A stretch of DNA of 64,000 nt from Octopus sinensis (Eukaryota): assembly GCF_006345805.1 (NCBI RefSeq), contig NC_043016.1, positions 4,836,001 through 4,900,000 on the forward strand, given 5' to 3'. A program made the translations under genes and the position numbers. The number at the start of each line of letters is the position of its first letter. Position 1 is the first letter of the stretch. Positions 25,520 to 38,399 of this stretch are shown piece by piece. The notes under the pieces are model-generated. The model did no database searches. It was not told the DNA's origin and saw only the letters and a list, made by a program, of their open reading frames with translations.

Positions 25520-27952
25520 CGAGATAGTTTACGAAAAAGTCGAAAGCGTTTTCTTGTTTTGTTTTATTTTGTTTTAAAATTTAATGTCTGTGTACTATTA
25601 TATAAAAAAAATGTTAGGAGAAGAAATATATGCGATGAAAGTGAGGAAATGTAATGACCAAATTTGCTATCGTCTGTAATGTATATAGAAACATATATAC
25701 ATGCGCACGTACAGTACACTAATTCACGTGTCCTGTTTTTAAGAGAACAGTAAATAATTTGAGGCAAATGTGGTAGTTATTTCAAGCAGGTCGAGTGACG
25801 ACATTGAAGATTCTAGGTTGTCTCCTACCGAAAGAGGTAAAATGGTTTACAGAAAAAGTATTGAATTTCTCTTCCCGATTTGTTAGTTTAAACCCTTTTC
25901 GGATATTTATTTTTGCCATTTAAAAGGAATGGTCATATATATATATAATTCTCTTAATTCAACAAATTCTGGGGAATAGTAATATCTGCTAGATTTTTCT
26001 GCTAAAGTTGATTGCCATAGATTAGTGCTCTGTCTTGGAGGAAATTCTAAGTATCATTTACTTAAAAATACAGAAACAGCAAGATAAATACTTACTCTAG
26101 GGATCACCATGAATCATGAACTATTTCACATCATCATCATCATCATCATTATTATTATTATTATTATTATTTTAAAAAGAAAGATAAGAGAAGAGTGTAT
26201 GTGTATATATATTTTTCATGGTTTTTATTCTTATTGTTGTATTCATGTTATAAGAATTCGGAAGTTGTTAAGAGAGAGAGAGAAAAAAAATGCATAAGTG
26301 TTTCCTGACAGTTTCGTGTCAACACCAAGACAATATTATGGTTGTCATTACCAGGAACTGTCTTCCTGTTTTTTTGTCTTTTACCCACCACCAGTCAATC
26401 ACCCACGAAAACACCCAGCCTATGTGTGTGTTTGTGTATTATAAAAATATACACGAATAAAATACATATGTGTGTATGTATGCATGTTTAAGCAGATATA
26501 TATATATGAACTATTTTGATGATGGCTACATACATGCAAACATACATACATGTTACTACATGTATGTTACTACAACATATACTATTTAATAAATATGTGT
26601 GGATGTATATTTCTGAATACATATATGTATATATAAATACAGACTGATAAGAATACATGTATGTATGTATGTATGTATGTATGTATGTATGTATGTATGT
26701 ATGTATGTATGTATGCATGCATGCATGCATGCATGCATGCATGCATGCATGCATGGATGTATGTACGTACGTACACATCATCACTATGAATTTTCATCCG
26801 ATCTCCTCTCCATACTGTATACTCTCTAGACGCGGAGGACACAGTTTCGCATATATTCTCCATCTTGACATGGTTTCTATGATTGGATGGCCTTTTTTCG
26901 CTAATCAGCTTCAGATTGGCATTTTATCGTCACAGCAGCACAGGGGAGGTGGTCATGCCCACTGCATGACTAATAAGTCCTTTCTAAGCTTCTCTACAAC
27001 CAAGAGTAATAAACAAAGCGAGAGTGACGGCAAGAGGATAAGCAGAATAGAAAGAGATATGACAAGTGTGTGAAAGAAAGGAGAGTGGGGCATGATGGAG
27101 AAGCGATGTGATGAGGACATATTAGTGGTTGATTTAATTATGGAAATTTAATTGAGTACTGCATATCAAGGAAAAGTGGAAGACAAGAGTGTAGTGCATA
27201 AAACAGATCGAAGGAGTAAATTATATCAATAAGGTTAAAGTAGGAAAAGGAGAGAATTTATGTGATTGACAATAACGAAAGTAAGTGGAAGGCAGAAGAG
27301 ATTGGTAAACGTCACTAAAGAACGACATGGTGGCAAAGAGAGCAATGGCCAGCAGTGAAGAATGGTAGAGATTAGGAGCAATGGAGCAATTAGTACAACC
27401 AAATCGGATGCCATTTTTCGTGACACAACATCACGGTGGAAACGAAAGAGAATTATATAGGTTAATAGTGGAGTACCGTGAATATGATAGAGGGTAATGA
27501 AAAGAGAATTAGAGGGAGAGTTAACAAGAATATCGTGGTCAAGAGATCGATCCATAGATAAATACACACCCCAACTGAAATAACCACAATTATTTTAGCA
27601 ACTGTTTTACCGTGTATTTCAGCATTGCGTATCGCCAAAAGTCATGTTTCTTTTTCATCTCCTTTACAGAAAACTCACATTCTGGTGTGTGTGTCAAATG
27701 CTTTTATTAGTCTGGTTTACACCACACGCAAACGCACACACACAGTGGGCAACGAATAAAATGAAAGTAAATAGCGACAGTGATTTGAGGAAGACTAAAG
27801 TGAAAGTATTCTGTCTATGACGCTGATAGATACATGAGTAAAATGTATGGGAAGCTAAGAGCTAAGAGTGAGTGAAAATGTTCTTGGAAGAGAGTAATTA
27901 GTAATAAAGTAAACATACACTCATACATACATACATACATACATACATACAT

Positions 27953-27985
<33 letters not shown>

Positions 27986-28161
27986 TACACATACATACAC
28001 ACACACATACATACATACATATACATACATACATACACACACACATACACACAGTATTGAAGCTTGAGAACAATCAGATACATTTGCAACACATCTGTTG
28101 AAAATATTATTGTTCACACACATACATATACATATATACATACAGACAGACAGACAGATAG

Positions 28162-28192
<31 letters not shown>

Positions 28193-28239
28193 ATCCAGCA
28201 TGGCCACAACCTCAAGGCTGAAACATATAAAAGAATAAC

Positions 28240-28615
28240 AGAATATAAATGTGTGCAAAGTACAAGAAATATTAATGCAGTATATGGGGATTGGACAATA
28301 AGCGTAAGGCAGTGTCAATGGTGGTTCCAGAAATCCCGAGCCATAAACTACAGCCTAGAAGACGAGCCTCATCCTGAAAGATCTGTAGAACTCGACAAGG
28401 ACATCCTGAAAACCCTGGTGGAACAAAATATCATCGTAACTGTTGAGGAACTAGCAGAGAAGCTTGGATTTGGTCATTCAACCATTCATTGACACCTGTG
28501 TGCTATCGGAAAAGTCAGCAAATTGGGTCAATGGGTTCCTCACGAACTTTCCGAGTCTAATTGCATGCAGAGAGTGAATGTATGCTTTTCTTTGCTGTCA
28601 TATCTCACCACTACT
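28240..28615 (+). pseudogene. Mariner transposase N-terminal fragment
   Basis: STRNINAVYGD..ISVRQCQWWFQK..SLEDEP..TVEELAEKLGFGHSTIH*HL..IGKVSKLGQWVPHEL (WVPHEL motif). Confidence 0.9.
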
Positions 28616-28627
28616 GCGCTATGTATA

Positions 28628-28760
28628 TCTATATATATAAAACTGTAGTTGTGTGAGTGTCTGTCCCCTTCGATTTAGATTCCTAACTACTCCCACATTT
28701 TGCGGTACAGTTTAACCAAATTCGGGTAGCTTATAGTCGTGATTCATATCGAGCCCGTGG
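28628..28760 (+). mobile_element. Helitron-like 5' fragment
   Basis: Homologous to the first 130 bp of 58775-59128. Confidence 0.5.
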
Positions 28761-30295
28761 AATTGTAGTTAGATTATGTCTACTAATTTGGACGGTTAAA
28801 GTTATTTGATGTCTCGGGCGCTACGCGTGCGCATACACACGCACATACATCTCTCTCTATATGCGTGTGTGTGGTGGTGGGGTACGATTATAATTATTTA
28901 AAATTTTGAGACGAAGAGAGAAATTTTAGGAGAAGGGGATGATAAGTCGATCCCATTGATCCCCAGTACTTGACGGCTGGTACTTTGTTTTATCGCCTTC
29001 GAATGGATGAACGGTAAAGTTGACCTCTGCAGGATTTGAATTCAGAACGTGGAGAGCCGGAACAAATGCAGATAAACATTTTGTCCGACATGTTAACGAT
29101 AGATAGACATATATACTAGCTTGACTAGATAAAGTATATAAATAGCTCTGTGTTTGTGCATGTGTGTGTGTGTGTGTACAAACATGAATATTATGCGTGT
29201 GTGGAGACGCAATGGCCTACTGGTTAGGACAGTGGACTCGCGGTTTCGATTTCCAGACCGGGCGTTGTGAGTGTTTATTGAGCGAAAACACCAAAAGCTC
29301 CACGAGGTTCCGACAGTGAGTGGTACCTGTATTTCAAAGGGCCAGCCTTGTCACACTGTGTCATGCTGAATCTCCCCAGAAATTACGTTAATGATACATG
29401 TGTGTGTGTGGAGTGCTCAGCCACTTGCACGTTAATTTCACGAGCAGGCTGTTTCGTTGATCGGATAAAATTGGAACCTTCGTCGTCGCAGCCGACGGAG
29501 TGCCACGATGTGTGTGTGGGGGTGTACACACTAGATGAGCTATATATAATATAAATAAGGTATCAAATATAGGGTGTAGAAGAGAATATCGTATTGCATG
29601 GCATGTAATGCTTATGGATGAAGGCTGATGTGCTAACAAGTGACAACCTCTGTAAGTGGGCGGAACCTTTGGACGAGGGAAACCGATGAAAAGGAAGGGA
29701 AGTAGTGGTGAAAAATGATCTTAAGTGGTTGAACCTCGCGAAGGAAATGACGAAACACTGAGATGTGATGAATCGCTGTGTGGGAGAATACCTGCACAAC
29801 CCACGCAAGCAAAAAGAGAAAACAAAGGACGAAAAATGAATGATGATAGTGATGGATATTTGGGTGTTTATTCACTCATTTCACTCATAGCACTACTCTT
29901 TTCCATTACACATGTAATGAGAGATGGCATTAGATTGGATCGGTCCAATCCTCTCTTCCCATCACTTATTGTCCCTTACTCATTCTCTTCCTCCCTTACT
30001 CCATCCTTTCTAACCATTTCTCCCACTCTCCGTCCCTTTCCCTCATTTACTTCCTCTCTGTTACTTATTGACTGCCAGCCCCTTTGCTCTCCCTCATCAC
30101 CCCTTTGTCTGCCATTACTTTCACTTCCATCATCCAGTCATTCTCGAACTCTCTATCACACTCGCATCTATTAATCGCTTTTCCGCTGTCCTCTCACCTC
30201 TATCACTGCTTTTCCCCCCTTTTTTTCCTTCCATTATTTTCCATTCTATCATCCTCTTCACTGGTTCTCTTCCAGTATCCATTCTCTCACTCATG

Positions 30296-30707
30296 GGATC
30301 TTATCGGTTTGAACGGCAGTTTTTTCTAGCGGTGTCATATGAAATTGTTACCCATAATTATGACCCTAGTATCGATCTATTGCATTTCAATCTGTTTTAG
30401 GGTTAGGGGTGGGGGAAGGGCATCTTTTTTTCTTCACAAATGTAAATAAACCCAATCTGTTTCTTAAACGAGGGACATATTCATACGGCACAGAATGCTT
30501 TTTAGCTCAATAGACGTCAGTGATTGGTTGAAATTGCAGAAATTGAAGAAAAGAAAAACAAGAAATATCTCACAAACTATAGAATTTTCTCAATAAAGCC
30601 AAGAGAAAAAGATGTTTTATAAACACATTCTACCAGTATACGAAGTTTAAAAGTGTTTAGTTACGTGGAAATTATGTTAAAAACTGCCGGTCAAACCGAA
30701 AAGATCC
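30296..30707 (+). mobile_element. MITE (putative Merlin-type), full copy
   Basis: Both TIRs; TSD cactcatg at 30288-30295 and 30708-30715. Confidence 0.92.
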
Positions 30708-31531
30708 CACTCATGTCTTCTATTCAATGTCCTGATCGGCATTCACATGTGGCTGTCTCTTGTTTAAGTTCTTCCTCTTCAATCCCACCAGCAGTAATTA
30801 TCATGTAGCTGTTTACCACTCTCTCTCCTTTCATTGCTCTCTTGTCTTTTATGATTTCTTTCTGTCGAGAGGTTAAGAAGAAAGAAAGAACCGAACTCAG
30901 TTAACACAAGGAAAGAGGGTAATTTTTAGTTATGTTACCACTTCTCTTAGTGCTCATAAATTAATGAAGGATGACGGTGTAGGGTTGATTGGATTTGCTG
31001 GGGGGAAAAGACAACATCACCGCGATGAATTGCACCCAATAAACCTTGCAGAGTTGTTGCCGATAGGAAGGATAACAAATCATAGAAACCAAGAACGTGA
31101 CGCATTCCCCAACTCATTTTGGACACCTTCTAGAATTAATTTGGACTGTTCAGCCTCTGCAAATATGGAAAACCACATCTGTGGTAACAGAAAATATTCA
31201 CGACTGCATTCTTATAGAATTCGAGATTCTTCTTTTTTTTTATTATTTGTTTCAATCATTTGACTGTGGCCATGCTGGAGCACTACCTTTTAGTCGAGCA
31301 AATTGACCCCAGGACTTATTCTTTGTAAGCCTAGTACTTATTCTATCGGTCTCTTTAGCCGAACCGCTAAGTTACGGGGGCGTAAACACACCAGCATCGG
31401 TTATTAGGCGATGTTGGGGGACAAACACAGATACACAAACATACTCACATACACATACATACATACATACATACATACATACATACATACATACATACAT
31501 ACATACATACATACATGCATACATACATACA

Positions 31532-31563
<32 letters not shown>

Positions 31564-31704
31564 CGACGGGCTTCTTTCAGTCTTCATCTACCAAATCCAC
31601 TCACGTGGCTTTAGTAGTCCCGAGACTATAGTAGAAGACACTTGTCTAAGGTGCCACGCAGTGGGACTGAACCTGGAACCATGTGGTTTGTAAGCAAGCT
31701 ACTT

Positions 31705-33723
31705 TATTTCATTATATTTGCCATAAAGGCAGTACATAGAGTAAAGTAGCTTTGCAGGCTGGACAAGAACATTAGTAAGGGAATGATAATGAAACGAATA
31801 TGATAAGGATGGGAGAAGACGAAAAGCGCCCGCCGACCTTTGCTTCTTTAAAATATTGCTCTTCAGAAAAATACAAAATGAGGTATTAAACCTCTTATGA
31901 TAGTTTTTACAATTTAAAGCACAAATTAAGTTCCTTCTTCCCCGACCAGGCTGTACGCTACCCTTAAGCATTGTTCCAGATCCAGGTCGGGGCCCCAGAA
32001 CGTAAATCTGAACATGTCCTTCAAGAAGGCGCCCGTCACCCTGAACATACCGACATCCGATATGACCTTCGTAATCACCTGCGAAGGCCAATCCTCGTTC
32101 TCTGTCCAGGGCATGGTCTCCTCTCTCCGGTCATTCAACTTCTCTACGAAGCTCTGTATTGCTCCTACCTTCTAGACGAAGATGACAAAATCGTCTTTCC
32201 TCCTTCAGGGAGGGACCTCAGTTTCCTCTGTCGGTGGCATACTTCCCATCTACAAAGTTTCCGGGCATGCCGACAGTTCATCAACCGCCGACGATGCCCC
32301 ATTCTTTTTCTTTCTCCTTTTCCTCTTCTCCTTCACGACGGGAGGGTGGAGTTCCTCCTTCATGTCCAAAAGTCCTTCCTTCCCTCCCGCCGCCTCAGGA
32401 TCCATAGGCAAACATTGTTGCCCACCTTTCTTTTTTTCCTTTCTTTTTCGAGGGGTTGCCACCCCCTCGACTTCCTCCCTCTCTCTCTCCAATGAGGGAG
32501 CAGGGTGCTCTTTTTCTACTAACTGCTCCAGGACCTTTGCTTGGTTCCGGCGGCAGTTTTCCTTTATGTGGCCCAATTTCATGCACAGGTGACACTCGGT
32601 GGGGGGCGTTCCTTTTGGATCACCGGGTACCTGGAACCGGCCTTTGTTAAAAAAAGTCAGGCAAAACCAGATCATCGGCTGATTGGGTCCATAGGGTCAA
32701 AATTGCTTTCGACCCTACCCAATCAGCCGCAAGCAGAATTCTGACATTAAAGAGCCTGACTTGGCAGCCATCCAGACCCCGACGGATAGTGTCTTCTATC
32801 CATTCGGGCTCTATTCCGGGTGGCAGCCCACACAACCAAGCTCTTGTCAATTTTCTGCCTTCATATGTGGGGAGAAACAGAATTTTCTCCCCTTCTAATG
32901 GTTGGCTCGTAAATTCTTGAGCCTCTGCAGGGGTATCGAACAGCAACCACACCGTTGCGTATTTGATACCCCTTGCAATAAATTTAATAGTTAGCAGGCA
33001 TTCTGCCAACTCCGTTCATATTTCTGTCTGCGAGAACACAGCGATGGTGTCGAGGGACCTAGAATACGTCCTCAATAACACCGTTCTCGCATTAAAATTT
33101 TTCAACCATTGCTTGGAGGCCACAGTTTGCCCTCCAATACAGTGTTTTTAATTGCCATGATCATAAAACAGAGCATATAAAAAAATGTTCGAAATAAAAG
33201 TTCGAAAAAGATTCAAAAGAAAAGTCAATAAGCAACTCAAAAAGAACGAAAAGATAGAGCAAAGAAGAAAGAACGAAGGAAGACAGTTCAATGGTAACAC
33301 AATTCCGCCACTTAGGTAGTCCACACTAATGTAGGTTTGCTGTCGCAGCACAAAAATATTCCAATTCTGGTTTCTCACAGCTAAGTGAGACTTTAAACAG
33401 AAAACAGAGCAATTTTTCTGGCCGTCCCGGTACTCCAGGCCAAATGGCAATCCTCCTGACCGAAATAGACAGAAATAACACACTTTTCAGGAGGGACACG
33501 CCTCACAACCAAGCACGACCACTGGCACACAAATGGATGGAACCCAGTGGAGACCTCTATTTCGACAAAAAATAAATATTACGAGCAACAGAACCCCACT
33601 AGGTTCCCAAAAAATCAGACGTCTTACCCAGTAGTCATGCTTCACTATTTCACGCCGCTGACACACACCGACGTGACTTCCACCGCTAGAAAAAAAAAAA
33701 AAACGCGTCCTCTCTGTTCTGAA
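31705..33723 (-). mobile_element. ORF1-only (half-L1-like) Tx1/L1-clade non-autonomous retrotransposon
   Basis: TSD gtaagcaagctactt (31690-31704) / gtaagcgagctactt (33724-33738); about 600-bp 5' UTR, gag-like ORF1, about 220-bp 3' UTR ending at AATAAA; no RT or EN sequence. Confidence 0.85.
31926..33123 (-). pseudogene. L1/Tx1-type ORF1p (gag-like) with CCHC zinc knuckle, about 400 codons, disrupted
   Basis: CHLCMKLGHIKENC (CX2CX4HX4C, 32553-32594); upstream KLTRAWLCGLPPGIEPEWIEDTI; in-frame stops at 33016, 32250, 32205 and 32172; frameshift at the A7 run 32649-32655; final TAA at 31926. Confidence 0.85.
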
Positions 33724-35862
33724 GTAAGCGAGCTACTTACCACTCAGCCACTTTTGCGCCTATAAACCCATCTAACCGATTGTCATCTCACATTGCTTTC
33801 AACATATTATATCTTTTACTTGTGTATCTACTCTCTGAGCTTATTCTTTTATGTTTGTATTGCGCTATCCATTCACATTCACTATTCGTAACGTGTGCCA
33901 ATCTATGCACATTTTTAAAATATCGGTTTGCATTGTGGTTTTGATTTTGAATCACTTACCTTTTACAAGTTCATCTTTGCTTCATACATTGGAATAATGT
34001 TGGTAAATGTCAATTCTGACTTGCAGTAAACACATTCGGGATCTTTTCGGTTTGACCGGTAGTTCTTTCTAGCGGTGTCATATGAAATTGTCACCCATAA
34101 TTATGACCCTAGAATCGATCTATTGCATTTCAATCTCTTTTAGGGTTAGGGTTAGGAGTGGGGGAAGGGTATCTTTTTTTCTTCACAAATGTAAATAAAC
34201 CCAATCTGTTTCTTAAACGAGGGACATATTCATACGGCACAGAATGTTGTTTACCTCAATGGACGTCAGTGATTGGTTGAAATTGCAGAAATTGAAGAAA
34301 AAACAACAACAAATATCTTACAAACTATAGAATTTTCTCAATAAAGCCAAGAGAAAAAGATGTTTTATAAACACATTCTACCAGTATACAAAGTTTAAAA
34401 TTTTTTAGTTACGTAGAAATTATGTTAAAAACTGCCGTTCAAACCGAAAAGATCCCACATTCACTCTACATACATTGTGTATTGTTCAACTTCTCTTTGA
34501 CTGCGGCTACTCCTGTTTTACTTACAAATTTTAACCACCCGTGCGCATGTCTGTAGACACACACATATATACACACACACTCACACACACACATTTTTGG
34601 ACTTGATAAGTTGAAAAGGAGCATGCTCAAGCTAACTTAAAGAAGTTTGTCGAATGTTTGGACTCTGGATTTCTCATTGTAAGGTCACAGCTAAATAGCA
34701 TTTGCTACTTAACAGTGACATCAACAGTTGTAAACTTGTTCCCATTTGTCCCATCTTACATTAAGCTTCTTAACTCATTACTTAAAGTGACCATCGTGTG
34801 GCCTGTTTTTCCCCATCACAGTTGAGGGTCCTCTTTGGTGTTAAAAGCTGGAAGGCAACCTCACTAGAGCTGGTACCATGAAAAAAGTGTTCAGGATACT
34901 CTGCAAAAAGCTTAGTGTTAGGAAAAACAATATTTAACAATATCTGAGACATTAAAGCAAGTCTGCTGGATCCTATCAAAACATCCAACTCATGCTAACA
35001 TGGAAAGCAGGTGTAAAATGATGATGATCATGATGATGATGATTATGATGCTGAATATATATAGAGAATGTGTTTCCCTTGGCTTTATTTTTTTCTTCAA
35101 TTTCTGCAATTTCAACCAATCACTGACGTCTATTGAGTTAAAAAGCATTCTGTGCCGTATGAATATGTCCCTCGTTTAAGAAACAGATTGGGTTTATTTA
35201 CATTTGTGAAGAAAAAAAGATACCCTTCCCCCACTCCTAACCCTAACCCTAAAAGAGATTGAAATGCAATAGATCGATTCTAGGGTCATAATTATGGGTG
35301 ACAATTTCATATGACACCGCTAGAAAGAACTACCGGTCAAACCGAAAAGATCCCGAATGTGTTTACTGCAAGTCAGAATTGACATTTACCAACATTATTC
35401 CAATGTATGAAGCAAAGATGAACTTGTAAAAGGTAAGTGATTCAAAATCAAAACCACAATGCAAACCGATATTTTTAAAATGTGCATAGATTGGCACACG
35501 TTACGAATAGTGAATGTGAATGGATAGCGCAATACAAACATAAAAGAATAAGCTCAGAGTAGATACACAAGTAAAAGATATAATATGTTGAAAGCAATGT
35601 GAGATGACAATCGGTTAGATGGGTTTATAGGCGCAAAAGTGGCTGAGTGGTAAGTAGCTCGCTTACTTCAGAACAGAGAGGACGCGTTTTTTTTTTTTTT
35701 CTAGCGGTGGAAGTCACGTCGGTGTGTGTCAGCGGCGTGAAATAGTGAAGCATGACTACTGGGTAAGACGTCTGATTTTGAACATTTTTTGATATGCTCT
35801 GTTTTGTGATCATGGCAACTAAAAACACTGTATTGGAGGGCAAACTGTGGCCTCCAAGCAAT
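33611..35862. repeat. Inverted duplication: arms 33611-34303 and 35089-35779, plus 33108-33190 inverted at 35780-35862
   Basis: Arms are nearly identical reverse complements and share the private MITE variant gaccggtagttct and the flank cacattcg. Confidence 0.92.
34039..34455 (+). mobile_element. MITE (putative Merlin-type), full copy
   Basis: Both TIRs; TSD cacattcg / cacattca. Confidence 0.9.
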
Positions 35863-35876
35863 AATAATATATATAT

Positions 35877-36066
35877 AGGGAGATTTTACGAAAAAACAAC
35901 AAAAGAGGAAGACAGGTGGTGTACAAAACAAACAGATGTATTAGTATAACACTCAGGAATAGTAAAAGTCTTTTACGTTTCGAGCCTACGACCTTCTACA
36001 GAAAGAGACACAGAAAAAACAAGGAGAGAAAAAAATGTGTGTAGTGGCTAACGATCTATCATGACG
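35877..36066 (-). mobile_element. Small (TA)n-associated repeat, homolog of 13509-13692
   Basis: Collinear sequence with the 13.5 kb copy. Confidence 0.7.
35969..36006 (-). ncRNA. Hammerhead-like motif with CTGTAGA core (A6U)
   Basis: TCTTT-CTGTAGA-A-GGTC(gtag)GCTC-GAA-AC|GT-A-AAAGA; stem II has one mismatch in this copy. Confidence 0.55.
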
Positions 36067-36787
36067 TATATATAATACGTGTGTGTGTACGTATGTATGT
36101 ATATGTACATGTATATAAAATTAATATTTTGTGGGTCTCCCAGTACATAAAACTATATAATAGCATGTTCATATTTGGTTGAAAGTCCCATAGAAATCAA
36201 AATGTCAAAAACGGCCCATGGGACTCAAACCCATATTTCCTTCAACTTTTTCTGTCTAAAGGGTTTTTCGTTGCCAAATTTTCGTGCTATTGTTTTAGTT
36301 TTGTATGCATTGAGATACACTGTTCCATAAAAAATTAGATTATTTCACATTCTCCTGAAAGTTTATACATTCATATGACATCATCTATGCGTGTCTGTGC
36401 TTGTTTGTGTGCTTGTGTGTGTGTGTGTGTGTTGTGTGTGTGTGGTGTGGTGTGTGTGTGTGTTGTGTTTGTGTGTGTGTGTGTGTGTGGTGCTTGTGTG
36501 TGTGTGTGTGTGTGTGTTTGTGTGTGGTGGTGTGTGTGTGTGCTTGTGTGTGTGGTGTGTGTGTGTGGTGTGTGGTGTGTGTGTGTGTGTGTGTGGTGTG
36601 TGGTGTGCTTGTGGTGTGTGTGGTGTGTGTGTGTGTGTTTGTGCGTATAAAATGTTTGTAGCATGTAAACATAGTAACAAGTAAACCAATATCTGTACAT
36701 TGGAAACTTTCAATGTTTTTTAGCCACAATACAAGCAAAAACTGTTCTCATACACATGTGATGACATATCTGTCACACTCAGCTATA

Positions 36788-36831
<44 letters not shown>

Positions 36832-37064
36832 GAAGAGCTTATATATATAATAATAATAATAATAATAGGGAGTATAACTCCAAACTTACAGGGGAAAATT
36901 CAGTTTAGTATTAAATCAAATTTCACAATATAAATATATAAAGTGACTTTCGTGTGTCCTGTTGTATATATAATATATAATGTGCTAGTACTGGGTAACT
37001 GAAATGCAAAATGAACAGACGAGCAAGTAAAAATAAGGAGAAATGTGGTTTCAAGTAGTTATAT

Positions 37065-37330
37065 TCATCATCATCATCATCATCATTTAACATCTGCTTT
37101 CCATGCTAGCATGGGTTGGACAGTTCGACCGGGGTCTGGGAAGCCAGAAGGCTGCACCAGGCTCCATTCTGATCTGGCAGTGTTTCTACAGCTGGATGCC
37201 TTTCCTAACGCCAACCACTCGTGAGTGTAGTGGGTGCTTTTTACATGCCACCTGCACAGGTGCTAGGCGAGGCTGGCAACGGCCACGATCAGATTGGTGC
37301 TTTTTACGTGCCACCGGCATGGAAGCCAGT
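37065..37330 (-). mobile_element. Short retroposon ending in (GAT)n, family E
   Basis: Shared core ..ggatgcccttcctaacgccaacc..catggaaaacggacgttaaacgatgatgat; other copies at about 37695-37850, 40605-40810, 41850-42052, 43255-43515 and 47990-48150. Confidence 0.75.
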
Positions 37331-38399
37331 CAAATGTTAAAAATGTACTTCTATTGTATATCATCATTAAGTGTGTCAATAAAATGCTTTCCCTAATTAC
37401 AACATGTGTCGCAAGTGCAAAGATTTAATAGACAGATGAAAGTGTCATGACAATCACTGTAAGTTGGTCATGCAGTTGCACACAGCAGTAAAGTTGTCTC
37501 CTGAAAAGAAGGTTCAACTTCAGAATGTTTGCTTTCTAAATCTGATTGTGGTATGTTTTTCTTGTGAAAATCTTCCATCAGACAGGTCTCATTATTGTCT
37601 TATAATGGAAATGAACATTTCAATTATTTTATTATCAATTAACTTTTTCCTTCTTTTATTTTTCTGTGTTTTCTTTGCTTTGGGGGAGGGGGCATTAAGA
37701 AGGGCTTCCAGCTGTAGAAACACTGCCAAATCAGACTAGAACCTGTTGCAGCCTCCATGGCTTCCCAGATCCCGGTCAAACCGTCCAACCTATGCTAGCA
37801 TGGAAAACGGACGTTAAATGATGATGATGATGATGATGATGATGATATAATTTAAAATGTGATTAGGTGGTTTAGTAAATAATATTGAAATTTATATCTT
37901 GTAAATGAGACTCTGATGAAAAATGGGTTTGCTTTCTAACTCTGGCTGTAATTTTTGTGTTTCTTGTGAAAGTATATCATCAAATAGTCATTTGTTATTA
38001 TGGTGCTTTGAAAAATAAGTATATTAATTTATTTATATCATTTACAGAATCAAATATCAGATCCAGCTTCTCTCTTCCTTTGTAAATTCTTTATATTAGA
38101 CTGCATAAATCCATGAAGTATATTCTTAGTCCATTGGCTATTTAACCAATAATTTGATAAATCAACGATTTTAAATCAGTATTTCCCAGATTTATTTCTT
38201 CATGAAATCCTTCTACAGTTTTTGAAAAATTGCAGAAGCTGCATTTATATTTTATGATCCATCCACTCGCCTTGATATTAAAAAACACTGAAACAATAAA
38301 ATTGTTTTAGGCAGAGAATATATACAAACAGAAAAGATATGACATAATTATTTTTCTGAAAATGGTATTCACCATTGAAATTACCTGAAGAGTAGATTC

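Larger units (their letters stand above)
31245..33763 (-). mobile_element. Family A SINE split by a retroelement insertion
   Basis: Body and tail at 31245-31704; first about 40 nt of the head (A box) at 33724-33763. Confidence 0.9.

Noticed and set aside
26303-26360. Hammerhead-like GAAAC-T-GTC-AGGAA on the minus strand
   Set aside because: The core region (ggtaatga) does not fit CUGANGA or a compensated variant, and stem II is irregular; at best a relic.
35770-35790. Splicing as the cause of the 420-bp deletion
   Set aside because: The deleted segment has no GT...AG ends; the junction shows microhomology instead.
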